Shown here: piece by piece, positions 8,107-17,519 of the stretch | How the letters are laid out: each line of letters opens with the position of its first letter | Numbering within the stretch: the stretch's first letter is position 1 | Source of the DNA: Erysipelotrichaceae bacterium MTC7 | GTDB taxonomy: Bacteria; Bacillota_I; Bacilli_A; Erysipelotrichales; Erysipelotrichaceae | Assembly: GCA_001695645.1 (NCBI GenBank) | Contig: LVZN01000001.1 | Span: forward strand, 90,001-122,000 | Direction: 5' to 3' | Length of the DNA stretch: 32,000 nt | Made by a program: the position numbers and the translations under genes | The notes under the pieces: generated by a model | Told to the model about the DNA's origin: nothing | Database searches by the model: none | What the model saw: only the letters and a program-made list of their open reading frames with translations

Positions 8107-9348
8107 TTAAGAAAGAGTAGACTCTCCTTTCTTCATAAACATGTCTCTCACATCAGCGATAAAATACAGTGACCCACATACAAGTAAAATATGATCATCA
8201 TCCATCAATTGGTGGATGGCTTTACGATAATCTTTGATGATGTTGACATCCTTACCAGCAGCAATAATTTCCGCTTTGGCTGCTCGTGGAAAATCAAACT
8301 CACACACCGTGACATCATCACTTATTTCCTTTAATAAATCGATCATTTGTCCGTAGGGTTTATCCGCTAGTGCGCTAAACAATACCCTAATATTATCATA
8401 GTTGCGACATGAGTCAACAAGAGCCTTCATTCCTTCTACATTGTGTGCACCATCGATAATGACACGTGGTTTTTCACTGATTTGTTCAAAACGACCCTTC
8501 CAAATAGCTTTATAAATACCTTGGTGAAGCTGTTCATCTGTAAAATTCACATGGTTGTTTTTGCGTAATTGCCACAAGGCTTCAATGGCCAAACTTGAGT
8601 TTTTTGCTTGATAATACGCTAATGTTTGTTGGACAAAAGCTACCTCGTTATACGTAAAGTGTAATTCTGTGTCTACAAATACATCTGTTGGATCCAAACA
8701 GACAATCATTTGACTATGCATACTTTCACAGGTTTTGGCAAATACTTCCAAACACGCTTCTCTTCTTTCCATTGTAACCAGCGGCACACCAGGCTTGATG
8801 ATACCTGCTTTCTTTTGGGCAATTTCACGATAGGTGTTTCCCAAAAACTCCATATGATCCAATCCGATGTTGGTAATGACACTTATCATTGGCATAATGA
8901 TATTGGTTGCATCACGGTCACCGCCCATCCCGACTTCAAAGATTGCTAAATCTACTTTATGATCGACAAAGTATTGTGCCGCAATAAACATATCAATTTC
9001 AAACATACTTAAGTCATACTCCACCCACTTTTCATAGTATGTGTTTGCATAATCAACAATCGCTTGATCTTCAATAAAGCGGTCGTTGATACGAATGCGA
9101 TCGTGATGACTTTCTAAATAAGGAGAAGTAAAGGTACCTACGCGATAACCAGCTTCCATCAACACGTGATTCATGGCATTGACGGTGCTACCTTTACCAT
9201 TGGTTCCAGCAACATGGATGCACTTCAATTGCTTGTGTGGATTACCAACCTCTTCCATAAACGCTTTTAAAGACAACAGTTGCATCCCGTTGCGTTTTTT
9301 CACTTCTATTTTATCGATGACTTGTTTCGAGTTTGTAAATTTCATCAT
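8107..9348 (-). CDS. folC: Folylpolyglutamate synthase / dihydrofolate synthase
   Basis: Mur-ligase-type P-loop HVAGTNGKGST, plus ITNIGLDH and DGAHN. The ATG at 9346-9348, preceded by GGAGA, overlaps the ung stop (TAATG). Confidence 0.92.
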   Translation of the reverse strand: MMKFTNSKQVIDKIEVKKRNGMQLLSLKAFMEEVGNPHKQLKCIHVAGTNGKGSTVNAMNHVLMEAGYRVGTFTSPYLESHHDRIRINDRFIEDQAIVDYANTYYEKWVEYDLSMFEIDMFIAAQYFVDHKVDLAIFEVGMGGDRDATNIIMPMISVITNIGLDHMEFLGNTYREIAQKKAGIIKPGVPLVTMERREACLEVFAKTCESMHSQMIVCLDPTDVFVDTELHFTYNEVAFVQQTLAYYQAKNSSLAIEALWQLRKNNHVNFTDEQLHQGIYKAIWKGRFEQISEKPRVIIDGAHNVEGMKALVDSCRNYDNIRVLFSALADKPYGQMIDLLKEISDDVTVCEFDFPRAAKAEIIAAGKDVNIIKDYRKAIHQLMDDDHILLVCGSLYFIADVRDMFMKKGESTLS

Positions 9349-10004
9349 TATAATCTCCAATCAATTTCCTTAACACCATGAGCTTTTAAATAGGCGTTCG
9401 CTTGTGAAAATGGCTTGCTGCCAAAGAATCCGCGATACGCACTTAATGGTGAAGGATGGACACTTTCCAAAATCAAATGGTTTGGATTGTGTAGCAATTC
9501 TTTTTTTTCAATGGCCTGTTTACCCCATAGGATAAACACGATGGGTTGTTCTTGTTTGTCTAATTCTTGCAAAACGCGTGTGGTAAAGATTTCCCAACCT
9601 TTGCCTTTATGCGAGTTTGCTTCATCTTTTCGAACCGTGAGAACCGTGTTCAACAAAAGCACACCTTGGTTTGCCCAAGCACTCAGATCACCAAACAATG
9701 GCAATTCATAACCCAAGTCGTTTTTTAGTTCTTTAAAGATGTTTTGTAAACTGGGTGGAATTTTCACACCCATTTCCACAGAAAAAGCCAGACCCATTGC
9801 TTCACCTTGTCCGTGATATGGATCCTGTCCCAATATAACAACCTTTACATCTTGATCACCCAACGCATCAAACGCTTTAAACCACATATCTTGTGGTGGA
9901 TAAATTTCGTTTGTTTGCATCTGTTCAGCTAAAAATTGCATTAGCTTTTGGTAATAGGGTTGTGTTTCTTCTTGTTTTAAAAATGTTTTAAATTTCATAA
10001 GCAC
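9348..10004 (-). CDS. ung: Uracil-DNA glycosylase (family 1)
   Basis: Carries GQDPYH, LLLN and HPSPLSA motifs. The start is either the GTG at 10004 or the ATG at 9998. Confidence 0.93.
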   Translation of the reverse strand: MLMKFKTFLKQEETQPYYQKLMQFLAEQMQTNEIYPPQDMWFKAFDALGDQDVKVVILGQDPYHGQGEAMGLAFSVEMGVKIPPSLQNIFKELKNDLGYELPLFGDLSAWANQGVLLLNTVLTVRKDEANSHKGKGWEIFTTRVLQELDKQEQPIVFILWGKQAIEKKELLHNPNHLILESVHPSPLSAYRGFFGSKPFSQANAYLKAHGVKEIDWRL

Positions 10005-10068
10005 TCAACGTGAAAATTATATCATAAATGCATTTATTTTCTATGATATAATTAGGGAAAGGTGACCT

Positions 10069-12063
10069 ATGAAACATATTGAAAAAGCAATTGCTACCTT
10101 AAACCAACAAAAAGTCAAACGTACAACGTATACATTACTCCGTACGTTTGACTTTTTTAACTATACAAATAAAACACTCGACAACAAGAATCAAATCGTT
10201 GTAGACCCTTATGATTTTTATCGTACAGGTTTACAAGCATTGATAAACGATCAAATTGTTCGTGATGGTAACGTACCGTTATCTAAATGCATACAAGAAC
10301 CACATAACGATGGAAACTGGATTCAAGATGCAACCATATACTCATCGCTCATTCGCGCAAGTAGTGCTTATGACCACGACCAAAACGGACAACTCGCACT
10401 TGCAAATATCGATGGTTTTAAAGAAACCGGTACATTTTTAAAGCAGATATTTATCTTACCTTACCTAAAAAGTTTGGGTGTAAATACACTATATACCTTG
10501 CCGTTCTTCAAATTGTCATCCATGTGTAAAAAGGAGGAACTTGGTTCCTGCTACTCCATCAGTGATCCTTTTTCCTTAGATGAGACCTATCTAGACCCAA
10601 TGCTTGAAGGAATGGATATTCTTGAACAAGCACAGATGTTTATGGAAGCTGCTCATCTTTTGGGGATACGTGTCATTGTTGATATTATTCCGCGAACAAG
10701 CAGTCGTGACAGTCAGTGAATTGAAAAACATCCCGAATAGTTTTACTGGATTGATAGCACCAAACAAGAGCAATTTGTTCTACCATATTACCCAGAAATC
10801 AAACCACTCGTTCCACCAACAAGTGATGCGATGGAAAAAGTCTATGCAAATCCATTAACACATCAGTTTTTATCATTGTTTAGCGATGACCCAAAAACGT
10901 TGGATCCCCTTCGCTATGAAAAACTTGTACAAGAAGCTAATGGTGATATGCGCATTTTGTTGCAACGCATCGAAAGTGAATACCAATTGGTGGTCGCACC
11001 AGCCTTTTCGGATTGGGTGAACGATCCACAACCGGTATGGAGTGATGTGACCTACTTACGCTTGTATTTAGATTTTACTCCAATTGCCCAAAAGTACATC
11101 CATCCCGAACAAAAACCATACATCCTCTTTGATGGTGCCAAAGCAAGTTTATATCCTTGCAAAGTACCAAACGAAAAACTATGGGAAACGTTAAGTGATT
11201 TGGTTGTACACTACCAAGATTTACTTGGTATTGACGGTGTACGCATCGACATGGGACATGCCTTACCACAAGCGTTGGTTCAACGCATCATCGCAAAAGA
11301 TCCCAACGTTTGTTTTATTGCAGAGGAACTGGATATTCAAAATGCAGAGCATATCAAAGCACAGGGATTCAACCTCTTTAACGGAAATGGATTTAGCGGA
11401 GGGGTGCGTATACAAGAAGGACAAGCAAAGACCTTCTATACTACTGTCCCTACATTAGCATTACCTCTATTTGCCTATAGTGAGTCACACGATACATGCC
11501 GAACTAGTGCACGAGTTGGTAAAAAGAAAATGAACGATCTATGTACAACGATTAATATGTTTTTACCAAACACGGTATTCTTTATCAACTCCGGACAGGA
11601 ATTGTATGAAATCCAACTGATGAATTTAGGTTTGGATTGCAATGAAGATCAAATCAACAACCTTGAGCCTAGTGATCCACGTTATCGCAAACTCGCTTTA
11701 TTTGATCCATTCTATTTTACGTACAACGACTTTGATGATACGTTATTCACAAGAATTCAGTACTTGCAAAACTATCGTCAAACATACATAGATTCCATCA
11801 AAAACAAGTGGTATCTTGATCTTGCAATCATAGATGACAGTAAGACCAAACTCGCCTTCGCTTTAGAAAGAGAAGATACATACTTATTGCTTGTGGCAAA
11901 CTTGGATTTGTTCAACAAACAATCCATCACAGTCGATACGACACCACTGCATTACAAGGGTATCAACATCGTTTTATCAAACGATAAAGACCAAGACATG
12001 TTATTACCAACGCTACAACTCGATGCTGGCGAAGTCATTCTATTGGAATTAAACAAAACATAA
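10069..12063 (+). pseudogene. GH13 alpha-amylase-family gene interrupted by two in-frame stop codons (TGA 10717-10719, TAG 10738-10740)
   Basis: ORFs 10069..10719 and 10831..12063 are in the same frame. Reading through gives ...VIVDIIPRTSSRDSQ*IEKHPE*FYWIDSTKQEQFVLPYYPEIKPLVPPTSDAMEKVYANP..., continuous protein-like sequence. GH13-like blocks are present: GIRVIVDIIP, GVRIDMGHAL, IAEELD, SESHD. Confidence 0.65.
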
Positions 12064-12099
12064 AAATGCCCCATCGTTGCATCCAGTCGATGGGGTTTT
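12062..12099. terminator. Bidirectional terminator between the convergent GH13 and pullulanase genes
   Basis: AAAAA-TG-CCCCATCG-(11 nt)-CGATGGGG-TTTT; a perfect 8-bp GC-rich stem flanked by A and T runs. Confidence 0.8.
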
Positions 12100-12101
12100 A
12101 C

Positions 12102-14165
12102 TTACTTAACTTTGGTGATGAGTACCCCGTACGGGAATACTTCAAAACTTTCCACTTCGTGATTTTGCACAATACCATCACTGAAGATAATAGTTTGCGC
12201 AAACGGTGGATTGACAATAAAACTTTGTCCAGTGGGATTGAAATACACATGCAGTTCATGTGTATCATCACTTACTTTATACACCAACATATTTTCATCC
12301 ACGTGATCGTAAATAACGTGATCATAAATATCTTTCACTTCACGCTTGCGGAATACGGGATATGCTTTTCGTAATTCAATCAATTCTTTTGTATAGGTTA
12401 CAACATCAGCATTTTTACTACTCAAGCGATAGTCCAAACGATTGATGTCATCGCTACAGTTATAGGAATTACGAATCCCTTTCTTTGTGCGTAAAAACTC
12501 TTGTCCAGCATGCAAGAAAGGAATTCCTTGCGCAAGCAAGACAAATGCCAACATCATCTTATGACGCTTTCGTTTGATTTCACCTGGTTCATCACAAGCC
12601 AAATTTAAGTAGTCAAATGATGTGTATCCATCATGACAAACCACATAGTTGATCGCATGGCTCGGTGAACTAAAAACCTTATGATAGCCAAAGTCACCAA
12701 CACTAGCACCAAGTACATTCATTGCTTGAAACATTCTAGCAGGGCTTCCTAAAGCAAATCCTTTATCAAAATACTGTCCGTTGGGATCCCCTTTAATCGC
12801 TTGTCGAAACACGTCAGAAAAGTGAGCAACATTTGGCATTTTTTCATTATTGATAATAGCTGCACGTTTTTGTTCATCAAGTCCTGAAGGCATATTCCAA
12901 CCTTCTCCATACACCATAAAGTTGGGTTTCTTAGCGCGCGCTTTTTGTACAATCGTATTGATGGTATCGATATCCATAATTCCCATGAGATCAAAACGCA
13001 AACCATCAATATCAAAGTAATCCAGTAAATACTGTGTACTATCGACAATCATTTTCCTACACATCAAACGTTCGGTATCGATGTCATTTCCACACATGGA
13101 TGCATTGGTATATTTGTAATCCTTCGTGATTTGAAAATAGTAATACGGTACGGTCTTATACAAACTTGACGTATTGATTTCATAGATGTGATTGTAAACG
13201 ACATCCAAGTTGACGTAAAGATCACGTTTATGAAATTCTTGTATCATGGTTTGAAATTCCATAATGGTTTGTTCTGGATTAAAGGGATTACTACCATACG
13301 CATTGGATAAAGCAAACCAGTGGTTGACATCGTATCCCCAATTGTAGAACTGTCTTGGTCGAGAATCATCAACACCAAAGAAGTCAAATGTTGGCAACAA
13401 CTGGACATGACTAACGCCCAAGTTTGATACATAATCAATTCCCGTTTTCGAATGATTGGACATTCCTAAGGCTTGAAAGGTTCCCGCATCTGTTGCATCA
13501 CGAACACTCAGTTCATAGATGATGGCATCCACAGGATGTTCAACCATCTTTTTGGGTTGGTGTGTCGTTGGCTTTTTGGGATTTACAACAATGCTATAAT
13601 GCGCATTGGCATCCACAGCTTTACCATATGGATCAAGTGTCGCGTGAATCTCACCATTTACACTTACCAAATATTGGTAGCGTTTATGTAAAACATCTTC
13701 ATAAACAAGTCTTTCATATACCCCATGTTCATCACGAAACATTGGATAAATGACACGCTCGCCATTCAGAATTTCCAAATCCACACGATATGCAGTTGGA
13801 GCCCAAACTTTAAACACCGTTCCATTTTTATCATAATTGACACCTAGATCATCTTTATCATAATAAAAACGCTGTTCAAATGAATCCTGTTTCACCACCA
13901 TCGCAAACTGCAAGGGTGTTCGTCTACCTTGTTCATGAACAACATCATACTCAATCCCATACGTAATTGGCCTGGCTAGTTTACATGTATAACATATATA
14001 CTCATCAAGTTCTTCTTGCGATTCTATATTGATGTCCTGAAAGTTGTTTTCTGTATCTTCAAGATAAAAGCCAACCGGATGGGTTCCGATGGTTTCTTTT
14101 TTTCGATAGATATGAAGTAGATTTTCATCATCTACGTACGCTTCAAAAAAGCTATGCATTCTCAT
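12102..14165 (-). CDS. pulA: Type I pullulanase (GH13 with N-terminal CBM48-like region)
   Basis: Contains YNWGYD, VNLDVVYNH, GLRFDLMG, YGEGW and YVVCHD. I take the ATG at 14163-14165 (MRMHSFFEAY...), with GAGGT 8 nt upstream. The longer track ORF overlaps the upstream gene and its terminator. Confidence 0.9.
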   Translation of the reverse strand: MRMHSFFEAYVDDENLLHIYRKKETIGTHPVGFYLEDTENNFQDINIESQEELDEYICYTCKLARPITYGIEYDVVHEQGRRTPLQFAMVVKQDSFEQRFYYDKDDLGVNYDKNGTVFKVWAPTAYRVDLEILNGERVIYPMFRDEHGVYERLVYEDVLHKRYQYLVSVNGEIHATLDPYGKAVDANAHYSIVVNPKKPTTHQPKKMVEHPVDAIIYELSVRDATDAGTFQALGMSNHSKTGIDYVSNLGVSHVQLLPTFDFFGVDDSRPRQFYNWGYDVNHWFALSNAYGSNPFNPEQTIMEFQTMIQEFHKRDLYVNLDVVYNHIYEINTSSLYKTVPYYYFQITKDYKYTNASMCGNDIDTERLMCRKMIVDSTQYLLDYFDIDGLRFDLMGIMDIDTINTIVQKARAKKPNFMVYGEGWNMPSGLDEQKRAAIINNEKMPNVAHFSDVFRQAIKGDPNGQYFDKGFALGSPARMFQAMNVLGASVGDFGYHKVFSSPSHAINYVVCHDGYTSFDYLNLACDEPGEIKRKRHKMMLAFVLLAQGIPFLHAGQEFLRTKKGIRNSYNCSDDINRLDYRLSSKNADVVTYTKELIELRKAYPVFRKREVKDIYDHVIYDHVDENMLVYKVSDDTHELHVYFNPTGQSFIVNPPFAQTIIFSDGIVQNHEVESFEVFPYGVLITKVK

Positions 14166-14189
14166 ATGTTTCTTTACCTCGTTGTTTAT

Positions 14190-14198
14190 ATTATACCA
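14190..14198 (-). promoter_or_regulatory. Extended -10 promoter element for the pullulanase gene
   Basis: Minus strand reads TGgTATAAT, located between the upstream terminator and the RBS. Confidence 0.5.
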
Positions 14199-14211
14199 CG
14201 GAGTGGCAAAC

Positions 14212-14241
14212 GAAAAAAATAAGGAGCATTGACTCCTTATT
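14212..14241 (-). terminator. Rho-independent terminator after the CHAP hydrolase gene
   Basis: Minus RNA reads AAUAAGGAG-UCAAUG-CUCCUUAUU followed by a U run. Confidence 0.8.
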
Positions 14242-14248
14242 GTATGTT

Positions 14249-15544
14249 TTATAAATAGATAAATCCGATTGGTGCTCCACGTTGTGCACATAAAGAAGCA
14301 TACGACAATTCACTTGTTAGTGTGTATTGAATAGCAACTTCTAATGGTGTGTACATTGGAAGTCCACCACCAGGTGCATTTACATTTCCTTCAGAAATGG
14401 TAATGGTTCCACCATTGTAACTTTCAACGAAAGCAACGTGTCCATAGCTACCAAAGCCCCAAACAGCAATTGCGTTTGTTCGTGGTTCTTGACCAACACT
14501 GTATCCTCTAGCAGCCGCAGCCGAATACCATCCATTGGCATTTCCTGTAGGTAAACCTAAGTAAGCCCCATTGTTTACTTCGTTTGCACGTCCATAGGCA
14601 TACCATGTACATTGCCCTACATATGCACTAACAAATGGGTTCATTCCTGTGTGATACCATCCAGAATACCAATTACGACTCCAATTAAGCGCTCCTCCAC
14701 CAGGATTTGGTGGTGCTGGCATGGTTGGCATTAACCCGGTCATCGAGTCAACCATATTCCCGGCAGCAGCAATTTGGTTTGCTAATTCTTGTTGTTTATT
14801 TAAAATCTCATTATAAGCGATTTCCGCTTTTTCTTTTTCCCTAGCCAGTTTTTCACGTTGGACAACCAGGTTTTCTTTTTCAAGTTCATGCGTTTCTTTT
14901 ACACGTAACTTTTCCACCTTAGCTGCTTCCAATTGCGCAACTTCTTCTTTTAGTTCATCCATCAATTTACGGTCAGCATCATTGATGGTACCAATGCTTT
15001 CACTTCGTTGAATGAAATCCACAAGATCCTGAGCACCCATAATAAAATCAACATATTCATTGGCATTAATGGATACTTGCACATCCAATAGACGTTCCAA
15101 GATTTTTTCTTTTCGCGCTTGTACTTTTTGTTCATGCAAAGAAATGGCTGCATCTGCTTTATCAATTTCTACTTGAATGGTTTGAATTGCAGCTTCTTGA
15201 ATTGAAATTTCACTTTCCTTTGCTTGGACATCTTCTTGTGCTTTTGCATAGTATGCACCAAGTTCATCAATGTTTCCTTGAATTGCATTGATCTCTGATT
15301 GTGCGTTTTGTTTTGCCGCATTACCAGCAGCAATTTTATCTTGTAAGTAAGCACGGTACGAATTACATTTATTGATGGTATTTTGATTGGTTGTATATTG
15401 ACTACACAATTCGGTCCAATACCCTTCGTTACCTTCAAACTCACTTTTCCTTTGTACCTTCGGTTGCTGTAAGTTAAAGGTTACAAGCATTGCCACTGAC
15501 AATACTCCTACAGCTCCTCTTTTGATTCCCTTCGCTAAATTCAT
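14249..15544 (-). CDS. PcsB-like secreted peptidoglycan hydrolase: signal/anchor + long coiled coil + C-terminal CHAP domain
   Basis: MNLAKGIKRGAVGVLSVAMLV N-terminus. About 250 aa of heptad-rich A/E/K/Q sequence. CHAP catalytic Cys in GQCTWYAYGRA and His in YGHVAFVE. GGAGG lies 7 nt upstream of the ATG at 15542-15544. Confidence 0.85.
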   Translation of the reverse strand: MNLAKGIKRGAVGVLSVAMLVTFNLQQPKVQRKSEFEGNEGYWTELCSQYTTNQNTINKCNSYRAYLQDKIAAGNAAKQNAQSEINAIQGNIDELGAYYAKAQEDVQAKESEISIQEAAIQTIQVEIDKADAAISLHEQKVQARKEKILERLLDVQVSINANEYVDFIMGAQDLVDFIQRSESIGTINDADRKLMDELKEEVAQLEAAKVEKLRVKETHELEKENLVVQREKLAREKEKAEIAYNEILNKQQELANQIAAAGNMVDSMTGLMPTMPAPPNPGGGALNWSRNWYSGWYHTGMNPFVSAYVGQCTWYAYGRANEVNNGAYLGLPTGNANGWYSAAAARGYSVGQEPRTNAIAVWGFGSYGHVAFVESYNGGTITISEGNVNAPGGGLPMYTPLEVAIQYTLTSELSYASLCAQRGAPIGFIYL

Positions 15545-15561
15545 TGATGACCTCCTATGAA

Positions 15562-16464
15562 CTATCGCTTCCATTTTAAATTCTTATTCACGGCAAGTAA
15601 ACTACCGATAAATCCCACAAGTATTCCGATCACTAACAAGATTCCACTTAAGTATAACACAAACGGAATTGGTGGTAAAAGTTTGAACATGGAAGTCAGT
15701 AAGTTCCCACCAAGTGCGTCATAGACAAAGCCATAACCAAAGATTGTTAGCAGTATGGGAATAATGGAACCAAAGATTCCAATAAAGATTCCTTCAAACA
15801 AAAATGGTGCTTTGATAAACCCATTGCTCGCTCCAACATTACGCATAATCGCAATTTCCTCACGACGGTTGTGAATGTTGATTTTGATGGTATTCGAGAT
15901 TAAAAACATTGCTAGAAAACTCAATGCTCCAATAAAGACTCCACCATACAAACGAATGCTATTGAAACCTTTAATCATCGTATTTACACTATCTCCACCA
16001 TAGTTTGCATCCATGATGCCATCAATTTTCAAAATTTGCTTTTTGATGTTTGCGACATTTTTTCCTTGATCTGCATCTACATAAAATGCAGCTGGAAGTG
16101 GATTGCTATTTTTAAAACTATTGTATTTTCCTTTACTTTTTTCATCTTGGATTAACAAATCCAACTGTTCACTCGCACTTGAATAACGCACGTCCACAAC
16201 ATGATCAATGGCTTTTAGTTGCGCTTCAAGTTCAGGTATTTGGCTTTCTTCAACAATTGCGTCAACCCTTGCTAAAACTTGAATATGTGTCTCAATGTTT
16301 TTCGTAAAACTTGAGACATTAAATGCTGCAACAGCAAATAACATAATTAAAATTAAGGTTATAGTCACCGCAAAAACACTGGAAACGCTAGCTCCCAGGT
16401 TTCGAATGATACTTTTCCATGCTTTCTTTATATTATAAGGTATTGATTTGATAACTCTAATCAT
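15562..16464 (-). CDS. ftsX: FtsX-family permease, paralog 2
   Basis: 300 aa: TM1, an extracellular domain of about 120 aa, then 3 TMs. Shares FLISNTIKI.I.NRR.EIAIMRNVGAS..FIK.PF and the C-terminal NKxLKWKR with paralog 1. Confidence 0.88.
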   Translation of the reverse strand: MIRVIKSIPYNIKKAWKSIIRNLGASVSSVFAVTITLILIMLFAVAAFNVSSFTKNIETHIQVLARVDAIVEESQIPELEAQLKAIDHVVDVRYSSASEQLDLLIQDEKSKGKYNSFKNSNPLPAAFYVDADQGKNVANIKKQILKIDGIMDANYGGDSVNTMIKGFNSIRLYGGVFIGALSFLAMFLISNTIKINIHNRREEIAIMRNVGASNGFIKAPFLFEGIFIGIFGSIIPILLTIFGYGFVYDALGGNLLTSMFKLLPPIPFVLYLSGILLVIGILVGFIGSLLAVNKNLKWKR

Positions 16465-16502
16465 TAGCCTTTTCCCTCTTTTCTGAATTCATCTACGCAA
16501 TA

Positions 16503-16511
16503 ATTATAGCA
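16503..16511 (-). promoter_or_regulatory. Extended -10 promoter for ftsX paralog 2 and the CHAP hydrolase
   Basis: Minus strand reads TGcTATAAT, about 40 nt upstream of the ATG at 16464 and downstream of the ftsX-1 terminator. Confidence 0.5.
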
Positions 16512-16580
16512 AACTTCACAAAACAAACCAAACTTTTACATCATAAATGAAGAAAAATGCGTTGTTCTTTCATTTGCTTT

Positions 16581-16617
16581 AAAAAAAGAAAATAGTAGCA
16601 GTTTTGCACGCTACTAT
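16581..16617 (-). terminator. Terminator-like hairpin after ftsX paralog 1
   Basis: Minus RNA reads UAGUAGC-(10 nt)-GCUACUA followed by UUUUCUUUUUUU. The stem overlaps the stop codon. Confidence 0.6.
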
Positions 16618-17519
16618 CGTTTCCATTTTAAGTGTTTGTTCACTGATAAAAAACTACCAATGGCACCAACCAAAATTCCTGCTAGTAGCAGCACGACTGC
16701 AATATTTGCAATAAATGGCATCGGTTTATATAACGTGAAGACATCGGTTAAGATGCGACCTCCAAAGTAGTCATACAATACATGGTATGCCACGACACTT
16801 ACGATAATTGGAATAATTGCTCCAATAGCTCCAATCATCATACCTTCCATCACAAATGGGGTTTTGATAAACCAGTGACTCGCTCCGACATTACGCATAA
16901 TCGCGATTTCGCCGCGACGGTTTTGAATTGCAATTTTAATGGTATTGGAAATCAAGAAGACGGCTAGAAAACATAAAACAACAACGAAGATGGTTCCACC
17001 AACACGGACTTGGTTAAACACTTCAACCATTCCTAAGGTGCTTTGTCCTCCGTAGTTAGCATCATATACATTTTCGATTGCAACAGCAGCATCGCGTACA
17101 TGAGCCAAATCTTCACCTTCTTTTACATCAACGTAATATGCAGGTAAAAATGGTTTGTCATCGCGTAAACTTTCATACTGTTTACCACCTTGTTCACTGT
17201 TTGTAATCAATTTATCAAATTCTTCATCACTTGATGAATAGGTTACAGCTTTCACATTTTTAATGCTTTCCAATTCGGTTTTAATTTGTGCTTCACGTTC
17301 TTTAGACGTATCACGTTCCAAGCGCACTTGGACTTGCACAGCACCTTCTACTCTTGAAATGAAATGATTTAAGTTCAATGCTGAACAAAGAAAAATCGAG
17401 ATCAAAAGTAACGTCACCGTAACGGCTAAGGCACTAGATATCGTACTTGGAATGTTTCGTTTTAGAGAATGAAACGCACTTTTAATAAAAAAAGGGAAGG
17501 AACGAAAAAACTTACTCAT
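16614..17519 (-). CDS. ftsX: FtsX-family permease, paralog 1 (translationally coupled to ftsE)
   Basis: The ATG at 17517-17519 (MSKFFRSF...) overlaps the ftsE stop in ATGAGTAA. Same architecture as paralog 2. Confidence 0.9.
   Translation of the reverse strand: MSKFFRSFPFFIKSAFHSLKRNIPSTISSALAVTVTLLLISIFLCSALNLNHFISRVEGAVQVQVRLERDTSKEREAQIKTELESIKNVKAVTYSSSDEEFDKLITNSEQGGKQYESLRDDKPFLPAYYVDVKEGEDLAHVRDAAVAIENVYDANYGGQSTLGMVEVFNQVRVGGTIFVVVLCFLAVFLISNTIKIAIQNRRGEIAIMRNVGASHWFIKTPFVMEGMMIGAIGAIIPIIVSVVAYHVLYDYFGGRILTDVFTLYKPMPFIANIAVVLLLAGILVGAIGSFLSVNKHLKWKR

Noticed and set aside
10717-10719. The idea that the in-frame TGA means genetic code 4 (TGA = Trp, Mollicutes-like).
   Set aside because: Every other gene in the window terminates and reads normally under code 11, and several use TGA as their stop (for example the MscS and aminotransferase genes). 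TGG is used for Trp right next to the site, and the second interruption is TAG, which code 4 does not reassign.
12066-12374. The 102-aa + strand ORF after the GH13 gene.
   Set aside because: It starts inside the bidirectional terminator, runs antisense to the pullulanase 3' end, has no RBS, and its translation is low-complexity.
14166-14291. The 42-codon N-terminal extension of the pullulanase ORF, which overlaps the CHAP hydrolase gene.
   Set aside because: It covers the upstream gene's 3' end, its terminator and a TGgTATAAT promoter. GAGGT-ATG at 14165 gives a sensible start.
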